DNA from: a virus
DNA length: 55,764 nucleotides
Direction: 5' to 3' (one strand)
Virus record (IMG/VR): IMGVR_UViG_3300033402_000018
Below are positions 8,100 through 16,416 of this stretch, piece after piece. The stretch's first letter is position 1. Each line of letters opens with the position of its first letter. The notes beneath the pieces were generated by a model, which saw nothing but the letters and a program-made list of their open reading frames with translations, did not search any database and was not told the origin of the DNA. The position numbers and the translations under genes are program-made.

Positions 8100-9131
8100 A
8101 TGGCTAAAAAACAGGTTCGAACAACGCGTAAGGAAGATAAGCCGAGACCGTACAAGGTCGATTATTTCGAAGAGAACGAAATGATCGACAACGACAAGGC
8201 GTTGGTCCGTAGCCGTGTCGTCCGCGCCGTTACGTCTGCGCAGGCGTCCAATCTTGTGATGCTCGAAGATGGGTGGGAATCGCGTAACCGATTTATTGTT
8301 CGTGCGTCTCGCTTTTATGGGGAGTTGAAACAAGCGCAGGAAAACAAGTACGTCCCCGTTGAAGACCTGTTCCCTGAAAAGAAGGCACTCGATGTCATGG
8401 CGAACATCGAGGTTATCCGCGCCGCCGCTAAATCCCGTACAGCCGCTCCCGTAGCGCCAGCCACTCCAGTTGCATCAAGCAACACGTGCCGCTGGCATGG
8501 CGATCAGTACCTTGATGCTTCAGGTCGTTGCACGCGTCTTGACCCATCCTTCATGTCTGCGGTGTGCGCTCCGTCTGTGCCTACGTCGGGGCCGGACAGT
8601 CAGGCAACCAAGGATGTCATGGCGGATTTCAATGGCATGATGTCTCATGACGAGCACGAACAGAGAATGGACAACTTCGTGCCGGACATCACGCCGGGAC
8701 TAAGAACTTCACAGTACCAAGCCGCAACGGGAAACAAGACTCCAATCGTTCGGACAGCGGACGGGCAACTTGGTGTGCTTACTCCGAGCCTTTCGTTCCC
8801 CGACAAGCCAGTGGTGCCTACACAGCCAGCCGTGTTTGACGGTGACGAGCACCACATTGATCTGGACGAGTGCGCACCAGTGATTCATCCCGCGCCGGAC
8901 GCGGGCTGTTCATGTGAGCCGCACGGCGAGACTGATCCAAGCTGTGTGGAACACGGCATTACAGCGCCGCCGATTGACACAACGGGTCAGGTGCTCACAT
9001 CTATGGGTACTTCGGCTCCATGGCAAACCCCGGACGACCCGCTCCCTACGTGGGCGAAGGTGCTCCTATTCGGGGGTGCGGCATTCTTCGCAGTGGTGAT
9101 AGCACTCGCAGTCCTGAAGTGTGGACATTAA
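8100..9131 (+). CDS. hypothetical protein with C-terminal membrane anchor
   Basis: 343 aa; Pro/Thr/Ser-rich centre; single C-terminal TM (VLLFGGAAFFAVVIALAVL). Confidence 0.6.
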   Translation: MAKKQVRTTRKEDKPRPYKVDYFEENEMIDNDKALVRSRVVRAVTSAQASNLVMLEDGWESRNRFIVRASRFYGELKQAQENKYVPVEDLFPEKKALDVMANIEVIRAAAKSRTAAPVAPATPVASSNTCRWHGDQYLDASGRCTRLDPSFMSAVCAPSVPTSGPDSQATKDVMADFNGMMSHDEHEQRMDNFVPDITPGLRTSQYQAATGNKTPIVRTADGQLGVLTPSLSFPDKPVVPTQPAVFDGDEHHIDLDECAPVIHPAPDAGCSCEPHGETDPSCVEHGITAPPIDTTGQVLTSMGTSAPWQTPDDPLPTWAKVLLFGGAAFFAVVIALAVLKCGH

Positions 9132-9219
9132 ACAAGTGGGTCAATGACCACTTGTTCGAGTTGGTAATTGCGTTGTTGGTTTTGCCCGTGGTTATTGCGT
9201 ATCTTTTCGGTCATCACTG

Positions 9220-9426
9220 ATGGAACAGCACTACTGCCAACGAATCCCAAAGCCGGGGCCAAACACGCTTTCTCTGACCTCCATAGAAGGCGACCCGGAC
9301 GCCTGTGGTAAGATCGCGCACTTCAAATACAGACCAGAGGACCCATACGATGTCTTTGAGCCGGACAAAGTTTGGTGGTTGTGTGCGGAGTGCTATGATT
9401 TTGCCATGATCTTCGACAAATTCTAA
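9220..9426 (+). CDS. hypothetical protein
   Basis: 68-aa ORF, TGATG junction; Cys pair CAECYDF; no motif. Confidence 0.5.
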   Translation: MEQHYCQRIPKPGPNTLSLTSIEGDPDACGKIAHFKYRPEDPYDVFEPDKVWWLCAECYDFAMIFDKF

Positions 9427-9441
9427 ATTTCTAAGATTCTA

Positions 9442-9458
9442 GCCCTCTTGTAGAGGGC
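9442..9458 (+). other. intergenic stem-loop
   Basis: GCCCTCT-tgt-AGAGGGC perfect 7-bp hairpin between stop 9426 and ATG 9461; no U-tract. Confidence 0.6.
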
Positions 9459-9460
9459 AA

Positions 9461-10027
9461 ATGGTTTATTTCATCATCGAAGCATCGCATCTTTTCCGCG
9501 CCGGGACAAAGTATCAGACCCAGTTTTTCGTGATGGATGTTGTGAATTTCATCCATCGCAAGTTCAGGGGTTTCTGCTCCGGCTGCCCAGAGCCTTGCCC
9601 GGAAATGGTGCCACATGTGATTGTTCTTCACGGCTCTGTTAAGCAGGAACAGGGCGACCGCTATGCCGCCGCGCTCGAACGCCACGGCGTGAAGGTTGTG
9701 CGTATGCGCCCGATTGAGTCGGACAGCGCAGGCAAATGGTTTTTCAAGCCAGCTTGGTACATGCACAAAATGATGGGGACGGACATCCCTGAAGGCTCTG
9801 ATGTTGTTCTGGTGGGGTTTCACAATATCCGCTACCTAAAGTTCCTCGAAAAGTATGCCACTCGATACAACCTGCATGTGGCCGCCTTTCAAACGCCAAG
9901 CGCCAAGCAAGGGATGATGCACGTTCCTGATGAGTTTAAGCCATTACTCAAAAGCGTAATTGACCTTGACATGGATGTCCCCGGCATCAAAGCAGAGTTC
10001 AAGAAAAAGCTCAGTAATAAAGCTTGA
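9461..10027 (+). CDS. hypothetical protein
   Basis: 188-aa ORF; only a weak LabA/NYN-like flavour (DVVLVGFHNIRYLKFLEK..HVAAF), not enough to call. Confidence 0.6.
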   Translation: MVYFIIEASHLFRAGTKYQTQFFVMDVVNFIHRKFRGFCSGCPEPCPEMVPHVIVLHGSVKQEQGDRYAAALERHGVKVVRMRPIESDSAGKWFFKPAWYMHKMMGTDIPEGSDVVLVGFHNIRYLKFLEKYATRYNLHVAAFQTPSAKQGMMHVPDEFKPLLKSVIDLDMDVPGIKAEFKKKLSNKA

Positions 10028-10130
10028 GCGGTTCACGGGCCTAAAGCTTCGTTGGTTAGCACCCCCCGATCTTATGTTCGCTCGCCAGAAGACCGGGAGA
10101 AGATGCAACCCGTGGACCGTCAAGGACTCA

Positions 10131-10515
10131 ATGAACGCTAACGAATACCAGACGCTCGCTGAAGTTACCGAGAGCAAAGATTTTGAAGCAATCGGTAAAC
10201 GCATGTCAACCATCCGTAGCATCCGTCTTCTCCACGCGACAACTTGGCATTTCCAGCGAATGCGGTGAAGTCGCTGACGCACTCAAGAAGCATATCTTCT
10301 ACGGCAAGGAACTGGACGTAGTAAACGTTGCCGAAGAGATCGGCGATATTTGCTGGTATCTGGCGCTCGCTTGCAATGAGCTTGGTATGGCATTCGAGCA
10401 GGACATCTTGGAAGTCAACATCGCCAAGCTGAAGGCCCGTTACGGGGACAAGTTCTCCGAGCACGCGGCCATGCACCGTGACCTCAACAAGGAACGTGCT
10501 ATACTCGAAGGATGA
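10131..10515 (+). pseudogene. MazG-like all-alpha NTP pyrophosphohydrolase interrupted by a +1 frame change
   Basis: N-terminal helix MNANEYQTLAEVTES..IRLLHAT in frame of ORF 9960..10268. The core LGISSECGEVADALKKHIFYGKELD..EEIGDICWYLA..NIAKLKARYGDKF is in frame of ORF 10183..10515. Frames meet near ACAACTT (~10246). The second frame has only a TTG start. Confidence 0.6.
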
Positions 10516-10922
10516 GCACAGTAATTGAGCGCGGCTTCAGCGGCCCCGTTTGCGGAGAATGCGGGTCTGTCCTGCCAGTGGCGGGAGACTACAACCGTGT
10601 TTGTCTGAAGTGCAACCCTGAAAAAGAAATCTACTGGTTTGACGAGCGCGAACTGAGAGTGCTCCGCGAGATGATGGATGCGAAAGAGATGTCGGCGAAG
10701 GCTGTTGTCCGGCATATTTTCCGTCTCGGTCAGATGTGCGATCTATTCATCTCCCAAGGCTATAAGATCAGGTTTGAATCACCTGATGGCGGGGAGACAG
10801 TAGACCCGTTAGCTGGCCCGCCAAAGATGGCAGAGATGCCATACTGCGGCAATCCGCTGTGTCATCGCACGAGCGGCTTAACGATTCATAATCCTGATTG
10901 CCCGGAGTACGAATACAGATGA
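10512..10922 (+). CDS. hypothetical zinc-ribbon protein
   Basis: 136 aa; CGECGS..CLKCN and CGNPLCH..C Cys clusters; ATGA overlap. Confidence 0.6.
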   Translation: MSTVIERGFSGPVCGECGSVLPVAGDYNRVCLKCNPEKEIYWFDERELRVLREMMDAKEMSAKAVVRHIFRLGQMCDLFISQGYKIRFESPDGGETVDPLAGPPKMAEMPYCGNPLCHRTSGLTIHNPDCPEYEYR

Positions 10923-11050
10923 GCTACAAAGACGACCAACTCGCGTTCAAAGTTATTCTAGGGGTCATCGTTACGATAATCGTTGGCACACTGGTGGTTT
11001 ATGCGACTGCTGGCGCTGTCATTATCCATTTCGTCAAGAAGTTCTGGTAA
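10919..11050 (+). CDS. small single-pass membrane protein (43 aa)
   Basis: found by eye (below the 60-aa track cutoff): ATGA overlap with upstream stop; MSYKDDQLAFKVILGVIVTIIVGTLVVYATAGAVIIHFVKKFW. Confidence 0.4.
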   Translation: MSYKDDQLAFKVILGVIVTIIVGTLVVYATAGAVIIHFVKKFW

Positions 11051-11052
11051 CC

Positions 11053-11253
11053 ATGAAGATCAGGGTTAAAATCACACCCGCACGCTTGGAACGCCTGATG
11101 GCTGGCGAGCCGCTCAATTACGCCGTGGGCAACACGGAAATTGAGATCGTCATGGCAGATGACGTTTTTTCCAAGTTTGATGCGATTTTCGAGAAGATTT
11201 CCAAGATCGTCAACAAGACGGTGGAGAAGATTGAATCCGCAATCCTTAAGTAG
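11053..11253 (+). CDS. hypothetical protein
   Basis: 66-aa ORF starting 3 nt after previous stop; no motif. Confidence 0.5.
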   Translation: MKIRVKITPARLERLMAGEPLNYAVGNTEIEIVMADDVFSKFDAIFEKISKIVNKTVEKIESAILK

Positions 11254-11261
11254 GATTGCCC

Positions 11262-11846
11262 ATGCCTCGTTACATCGACATTGACCAAGAGCGTTTGTCC
11301 CACCTTCATGAGGGTTTAGAGCTTCTGGAGATGGTTGACCGTGAAGCAATCGCGGGACTGGACTTGTGCGTTTACGGGATCACCAACAACGCGTCCATTC
11401 TTGATTCCGCTAAAGAAGCCATCGCTGATTCTGAAGAAGTAGCGGAGCAGGACGTAGCCCTTACTGAGATTGCTGTAGCCATTCCGATCTCGTCTGACAC
11501 TATCTACGCGCTGAACGGTTCCGGCATTCGCCTCAGCCGCGAGGATTTTGCATACATGGGTTCCGGTGGTGAAGGTGTCCGCACCATGACTTTCGCTTTC
11601 GCTCACTTCAAATCGACAGTGACCCTGAATTCATTTTCCAAGCTCGCAATTGCTTCGTCTGATTCGTGGCTGGATGATTTCTTGCGTAAGGAAGGCTCCG
11701 GGCAGCAAGCGAAGGTCACTCCCGCTGTTCACCGCACCGAAGAAGCCACAGTTCCCGGCGCTCCCCCGGCACCAGAAATTCCGAAACGTACATCCGTTAT
11801 GGGTGGGCCCCGTCTGGCGTCCTTGATTGACGAATTTCTTGCATGA
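11262..11846 (+). CDS. hypothetical protein
   Basis: ATG 11262 within ORF 11256..11846 (TTG at 11256); 194 aa; no motif. Confidence 0.6.
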   Translation: MPRYIDIDQERLSHLHEGLELLEMVDREAIAGLDLCVYGITNNASILDSAKEAIADSEEVAEQDVALTEIAVAIPISSDTIYALNGSGIRLSREDFAYMGSGGEGVRTMTFAFAHFKSTVTLNSFSKLAIASSDSWLDDFLRKEGSGQQAKVTPAVHRTEEATVPGAPPAPEIPKRTSVMGGPRLASLIDEFLA

Positions 11847-12298
11847 AACTAACGCGGCAACAGCGTGAGCAACTCCGCATGAAGTTTGGCGGGAAGTGTG
11901 CCTACTGCGGCTGCGATCTTCCTGAAAAAGGCTGGCACGCCGATCATGTTGAGCCTGTCTACCGTGAGTGGTGGAAAAGCACCAAATGGTGGAAAGAAGC
12001 GCACGGCACCAAGTGGTCGGTCAACGAAGCTGGTAACCTTGAGCAACACGCTGTCCCGCTGGAGAAACCGGGGTTCGAGCGCCCGGAAAATGACACACTG
12101 GAGAACCTGTTCCCGTCCTGTGTTCCCTGCAATCTGGACAAGCACGCGAGTCCCTTGGAAGTATGGCGGCAGCAGCTTGAAGGTCGCGTTGATGTATGTC
12201 GTAGAAACTATTCTGCATTCCGCCACGCCGAACGTTTCGGTTTAGTGCAGCAAATCCACAAACCTGTGGTATTCTGGTTTGAGCAATACTCCGGCTAG
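11843..12298 (+). CDS. HNH endonuclease
   Basis: CAYCGC..WHADHVEP..NLFPSCVPCNLDKH His-Me finger layout; ATGA overlap. Confidence 0.8.
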   Translation: MKLTRQQREQLRMKFGGKCAYCGCDLPEKGWHADHVEPVYREWWKSTKWWKEAHGTKWSVNEAGNLEQHAVPLEKPGFERPENDTLENLFPSCVPCNLDKHASPLEVWRQQLEGRVDVCRRNYSAFRHAERFGLVQQIHKPVVFWFEQYSG

Positions 12299-12351
12299 AC
12301 ATCCCCGAAAATTAAGAGTATCATTCGGTTTAGAACTGGCATCTAACCGAC

Positions 12352-13185
12352 ATGGCGAACAAACCCAGAACCGACTCGCTGGGTGACAGAATGAAGCGCT
12401 ACGAAGCAACCACGCGCTTCCTGTTGCCGCGCCGCACTTACACAATTCTTCGCGTTGATGGTCGTGCGTTCCACACGTGGACTCGCGGGCTTGACCGTCC
12501 CTATGACCGCAACTTCATGGCGTGCATGAACGAAGCCGCGCTCGAACTTTGCCAGCAGATCGCGGGAGCGCAGTTCGCTTACGTGCAGTCCGACGAAATC
12601 AGCCTGTTGGCTGTGGACTTCCTTGACATCAAAACCGAGCCGTGGTTTGAAGGCGGCGTGCAGAAATGGGCCAGCGTCGGCGCATCCATCGCAACGATGG
12701 CGTTCAACAATTGCTTGCTTCGGCTGAAGGGGGCAAACCTCGACGAGTCTGAGCTTAAGATCACCAAGAAGCTCCCGAACGCCACGTTCGACGCCCGCGT
12801 GTTCACCATCCCAGACTTGGTGGAAGTGGAAAATTATTTCGTGTGGCGGCAGCAGGATGCGGAACGCAACTCCGTCACAATGCTGGCGCAGAGCTACGCT
12901 TCCCACAAGCAACTCATGGGGAAAAATCGCGCCGCGCAGCATGAGATCATCCACAAAGCCGGGGACAATTGGGCGAAGCATCCTGTGCGTTTCAAGCATG
13001 GCGCTGTGATCCGCCGTGCCGCTGAAAACGAAGTCTGGACGGAAGTCGGCACCCATCATTTCAACTGGGTTGTGGACGAAGACACCCCAGCCTTCACCAA
13101 AGACCGCGCTTACATCCGTGGTCTGGTTCCTGTTGTTTGGGACAACGACCTTCTGGTCAGAAAGGCGGCAGCGAATGGAGAATAG
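12352..13185 (+). CDS. Thg1-like tRNA-His guanylyltransferase / 3'-5' RNA polymerase
   Basis: GDRMKRYE..LRVDGRAFHTWTRGL..AYVQSDEISLL..FDARVFTIP..NYFVWRQQDAERNS matches Thg1 hallmarks (RxDGxxFH, SDE, FDxR, WRQxD). Confidence 0.88.
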   Translation: MANKPRTDSLGDRMKRYEATTRFLLPRRTYTILRVDGRAFHTWTRGLDRPYDRNFMACMNEAALELCQQIAGAQFAYVQSDEISLLAVDFLDIKTEPWFEGGVQKWASVGASIATMAFNNCLLRLKGANLDESELKITKKLPNATFDARVFTIPDLVEVENYFVWRQQDAERNSVTMLAQSYASHKQLMGKNRAAQHEIIHKAGDNWAKHPVRFKHGAVIRRAAENEVWTEVGTHHFNWVVDEDTPAFTKDRAYIRGLVPVVWDNDLLVRKAAANGE

Positions 13186-13516
13186 CCCCAAGCTCGATTA
13201 TCGCGTCATTTCTGTAAACGACGCTGCATACCGCTTCCGCGTTCGCCAGCTTGAAACTGATTTCATGTTTGCGGATGGCTCCGTAAAGACGTTCACCAAT
13301 TGGGACGTGAAGGGTGTACGCGAGCGCCACTACATGGAAGAGTACATCAACGTTCCGGTTGAGGAATACCTGCGTTCCGCAGTTGGCGAGCAGGAAATCG
13401 TGGCGTATGGTGTAAAGATGTCAGACATTCGCAAGTTCATCTCGGATAAAGCGGAGTTCTTTGAAGACCTTCTGCTGGAAGCCGCGAGCAACGTTCCCCT
13501 CGATGGGGACGAATAG
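13175..13516 (+). CDS. hypothetical protein
   Basis: internal ATG 13175 of ORF 13016..13516, 11-nt overlap with Thg1 end; 113 aa. Confidence 0.55.
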   Translation: MENSPKLDYRVISVNDAAYRFRVRQLETDFMFADGSVKTFTNWDVKGVRERHYMEEYINVPVEEYLRSAVGEQEIVAYGVKMSDIRKFISDKAEFFEDLLLEAASNVPLDGDE

Positions 13517-13550
13517 ACCTTCAACCGCAGCGGGTAAGCGGTGGAGCATA

Positions 13551-13579
13551 GGGCGGGAGTTCAGAGTCGGCTCCCGCCC
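13551..13579 (+). other. intergenic stem-loop
   Basis: GGGCGGGAG-11 nt-CTCCCGCCC perfect 9-bp stem between 13516 and 13603; no U-tract. Confidence 0.6.
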
Positions 13580-13602
13580 AACAACTCAGAATCGAGGGAA
13601 CA

Positions 13603-13830
13603 ATGCAGTTCATACTTTACATGGTTTTGGCGGGGTTGCTGGGGTTGGTTCTCGGTGTGGAAGTTCTCGTCTACAAAGAGAACGAATGGGTGCGCAACTT
13701 CATGAGCAACCGCCCGGTGCTGGGTTGCACGGCTGCGTCGGTTCTAGCCGCATTAGCACTTTGCCTGCTCAGCTACCTACTTACCGTGGCTCTTTTGGCG
13801 GTGCTGGGTCTGCTTGTTGGAGGGCACTGA
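13603..13830 (+). CDS. small membrane protein
   Basis: 75 aa, three hydrophobic helices; SD GAGGGA upstream. Confidence 0.5.
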   Translation: MQFILYMVLAGLLGLVLGVEVLVYKENEWVRNFMSNRPVLGCTAASVLAALALCLLSYLLTVALLAVLGLLVGGH

Positions 13831-14033
13831 TGTTCGCACTGCACTTTCAAATCATTGAACGCCGGAAGCCGCTCAGCTTCAAGCTGGATGACACTGTTCT
13901 GGACAGCAAGACCTTCAGTCTTCCTGACCTGACGATTGACCAACGGGTTGAATTTTTCAACAAGATCGACAAGGTTTGCCGCCAGATTCAACGCAAGGCG
14001 GAAAGAACAGAGAAGGCGAAAAGCAAGAAATGA
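13830..14033 (+). CDS. hypothetical protein
   Basis: ATG 13830 on TGATG junction; C-terminal 67 aa of ORF 13461..14033 (the upstream part looks non-coding in this frame). Confidence 0.5.
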   Translation: MFALHFQIIERRKPLSFKLDDTVLDSKTFSLPDLTIDQRVEFFNKIDKVCRQIQRKAERTEKAKSKK

Positions 14034-14551
14034 ACTGGGCCAAACGATCTGGTGACGCGATTTACGCGTCCCGCTGGTTGCTGCTACCGCTGAGCGCGGC
14101 TATGCTTGTCGTGCTCGCGGCGTACATCGTCGCGTTCCTTGTCAGCGACTACGAGTTCATCCGCCACATCAAGTTCGATACTGAATCGCTCATGGTTGTG
14201 GCGCTGAGTTTCGCCGATGCTTACATGGTCGCAAACCTTCTGCTCATGATCGCGCAAGGCAGCTTCCAGATTTTCATCCAGAAATTCAATTTCCCCGATC
14301 CGGTGAACCGCCCGTCGTACCTCGACCATATTGATTCCGGTCTGCTGAAAGTGAAGATCGCGCAGTCTGTAGGCGGGATTATGCTGGTACGCCTGTTGGA
14401 AGATTACGTGAACATGGAACATGTTGATTGGGAGATCGTTAAGCACCGCTTGGTTGCGATCCTGACTACCGTCGTTGTAGCAATGATTTTCGCGGGCATC
14501 TGGCGCGTCACTCACCCAGCTTGGCAGCAGGAGCATCATGAAACACATTAG
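14030..14551 (+). CDS. YqhA/UPF0114-family membrane protein
   Basis: AIYASRWLLLPLS..LMIAQGSFQIF..IDSGLLKVKIAQSVGGI resembles E. coli YqhA (ASRWLLAP..); ATGA overlap. Confidence 0.7.
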   Translation: MNWAKRSGDAIYASRWLLLPLSAAMLVVLAAYIVAFLVSDYEFIRHIKFDTESLMVVALSFADAYMVANLLLMIAQGSFQIFIQKFNFPDPVNRPSYLDHIDSGLLKVKIAQSVGGIMLVRLLEDYVNMEHVDWEIVKHRLVAILTTVVVAMIFAGIWRVTHPAWQQEHHETH

Positions 14552-14954
14552 GCTTATTCTTCTTTTGGCAATGTTGATCGGTTTGTGCTCGTGCGACGGT
14601 TGTGACACGCGCCACAAGGCGAAGGTGTTCAAGCTCAAAAATCACCACATCGCTATGGTTGATGACCAAGGCAAGTGGTGGGAGTACGTCTTGAAGAACG
14701 CTGATGTTGATTTTGACATCCCAACGTCCACATCTGGTGAAATGAAGCTACCAAGCGGCGGAAGCTGGCGTCCCGCTACACAGCAAGAAGAGGAAGAAGT
14801 CACAGAAGAAACCGTGCAGACGGAAGACACCACGGTAGACGAGACAGACGCCGGGACACCGGACGGGGCCGGGGACGTGGGTGGTGACAGCGGCGGTGCA
14901 GATAGTGGTGACGGTGGTGACGGTGGTGGAGATGGCGGCGGGGGAGATGACTGA
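14538..14954 (+). CDS. putative lipoprotein with Gly/Asp-rich tail
   Basis: signal + lipobox-like LLAMLIGLCSC; C-terminal GDSGGADSGDGGDGGGDGGGGDD low complexity. Confidence 0.6.
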   Translation: MKHIRLILLLAMLIGLCSCDGCDTRHKAKVFKLKNHHIAMVDDQGKWWEYVLKNADVDFDIPTSTSGEMKLPSGGSWRPATQQEEEEVTEETVQTEDTTVDETDAGTPDGAGDVGGDSGGADSGDGGDGGGDGGGGDD

Positions 14955-15210
14955 AGAAATCGAACGATTGGTGATGGAGCTATCCCAATACAGTCCTTTG
15001 GCTAACGCCGTTCTCCGGCGAGCGCGGTTTGACGGTTGGGATATTCGCCGGACGATAGGTGTAATGGCATACGTCCTGCTTGTAGACGAGCAGGAACATT
15101 TCAACCGATTGGTTGAGGTCCAAGCTCAAAGCGCACGCCCCTTGCTCATCAAACAGCACTGTTCAACCTGCACTTGCACAGACAAAAGCACGGGTTACGA
15201 GGACTTATGA
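14947..15210 (+). CDS. hypothetical protein
   Basis: internal ATG 14947 of ORF 14881..15210 overlapping upstream stop; 87 aa. Confidence 0.5.
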   Translation: MTEEIERLVMELSQYSPLANAVLRRARFDGWDIRRTIGVMAYVLLVDEQEHFNRLVEVQAQSARPLLIKQHCSTCTCTDKSTGYEDL

Positions 15211-15491
15211 CCAAAGAACAGATCGAGAAGTCAGTTGCGGACGCGGCGCTAGTAACCGCAAGAATTATCATGGAGAGCAAGACCGAACTCTTGGTCAACT
15301 ACTTCAAAGAAGAAGCCGCGAAGAATGATGCTGCTATCGGTATCCAGATGTGGGGGCAGAAGCAAGGCTGGACTCAGGAGCGAATCGCCATAGCAATCGC
15401 GTTCGCACTGATGGTGCAACAGCGCGTCGTTGATAAGGCGCACAGAAGGGAGCAAAATGCCGACAGTACCAGCAATGAAAGCAACAACTGA
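15207..15491 (+). CDS. hypothetical protein
   Basis: ATGA overlap at 15207; 94 aa. Confidence 0.5.
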   Translation: MTKEQIEKSVADAALVTARIIMESKTELLVNYFKEEAAKNDAAIGIQMWGQKQGWTQERIAIAIAFALMVQQRVVDKAHRREQNADSTSNESNN

Positions 15492-15825
15492 ACAAGAGCG
15501 CGAAGTGATGCGCAAGATGATCGGGCGCAGTGGGGACGCGAAAAGCTGGAAAGAGTGTCCTTGCGGCTGGTTCTATCAGGGGGCGCGTTGTCCTGATAAA
15601 GTGTGCCAGCTATGGAAGAAAGCGCACGGTAAAAAGACCGTGAAAATGTACCTTTACGGCAACGACGAAACAAACCTTGAGAAGGGTAGAGAGCTTGGTC
15701 TGGAAGGCGTAGCCCTTGAAACTTTCAGCGGATGGGACTATGAGATCGAGTTCGACGTCGAAGTGGACATGGAAAAGGGAGAGGTCAAAATACTTTCCGT
15801 GGATGGTCACGATCTCAAGTATTAA
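15457..15825 (+). CDS. hypothetical protein
   Basis: ATG 15457 preceded by AGAAGGGAG; 122 aa; in frame of ORF 15430..15825. Confidence 0.5.
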   Translation: MPTVPAMKATTEQEREVMRKMIGRSGDAKSWKECPCGWFYQGARCPDKVCQLWKKAHGKKTVKMYLYGNDETNLEKGRELGLEGVALETFSGWDYEIEFDVEVDMEKGEVKILSVDGHDLKY

Positions 15826-15830
15826 GTTGC

Positions 15831-16373
15831 ATGGCGCAGGACGTTAATTTCAAGAAAACCGCAGCAACAGAGACGCAGTACAACACAGGCGCACAGCGGG
15901 ACAATCGAGTAGGTAAAGGGGCGTTTCACTGGATGCCGTGGGACGCCCTGTTTTGTGTCTCCCGCATCTATGAGCTTGGCAACAAAGGCCGGAGCAAAAC
16001 CGGAGACGGCAACGACCGTAATTGGGAAAACGGGATGCCGCTCATTGACCTGTTGCAGAGCGCGATCAATCACATCTCAGCCCACATCTCAGGCGACCGC
16101 AGCGAGCCGCACATCTCACAGGCAATCTGGAACCTATTGAACTACCTTCAGACTTCGATCTGGGTTATCCTAGGGTTCCGCCCCAAGGAACTCAACAAGC
16201 TGCCAGACCATCGCCATGCTTGGAAGCCGGGGGATGAGCCGCCATGCCCGTTGTCACCACAAGAGATTGAGTGGTTACAGTTCAAGGGTGTGATCCCAAA
16301 AGAGCCAGAGTTGCATGATTGCGGGCCTGAACCAGCCGTTCTTAAGGTGGTATTGCCCGGATCGGAACGCTGA
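15831..16373 (+). CDS. DUF5664-like (dATP/dGTP diphosphohydrolase N-terminal domain family) protein
   Basis: TGAQRDNRVGKGAFHWMPWDAL..NWENGMPLIDLLQSAINHI..PHISQAIWNLLNYLQ matches the GAxRDxxxGK..NWxxG..H..WN pattern recalled for this phage family. Confidence 0.55.
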   Translation: MAQDVNFKKTAATETQYNTGAQRDNRVGKGAFHWMPWDALFCVSRIYELGNKGRSKTGDGNDRNWENGMPLIDLLQSAINHISAHISGDRSEPHISQAIWNLLNYLQTSIWVILGFRPKELNKLPDHRHAWKPGDEPPCPLSPQEIEWLQFKGVIPKEPELHDCGPEPAVLKVVLPGSER

Positions 16374-16416
16374 TCTGGAATTTAGCGTATTCGTAGCTCT
16401 TTTGTAGGACTCACGA

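Noticed and set aside
9020-9220. 66-aa ORF overlapping the end of the 8100-9131 gene
   Set aside because: Most of it is an alternative frame of the upstream gene. Only a ~22-aa hydrophobic tail after 9131 would be unique, and it has only a TTG start.
13461-13829. N-terminal two-thirds of the 190-aa ORF 13461..14033
   Set aside because: The Arg/Gly-rich translation overlaps the intergenic hairpin and the well-formed 75-aa membrane-protein ORF (13603-13830). Only the part from ATG 13830 (TGATG junction) looks protein-like.
14860-14950. GGTGACGGT-type short repeats
   Set aside because: They form an in-frame Gly/Asp-rich low-complexity tail of the lipoprotein gene. They are not a CRISPR array or a non-coding repeat.
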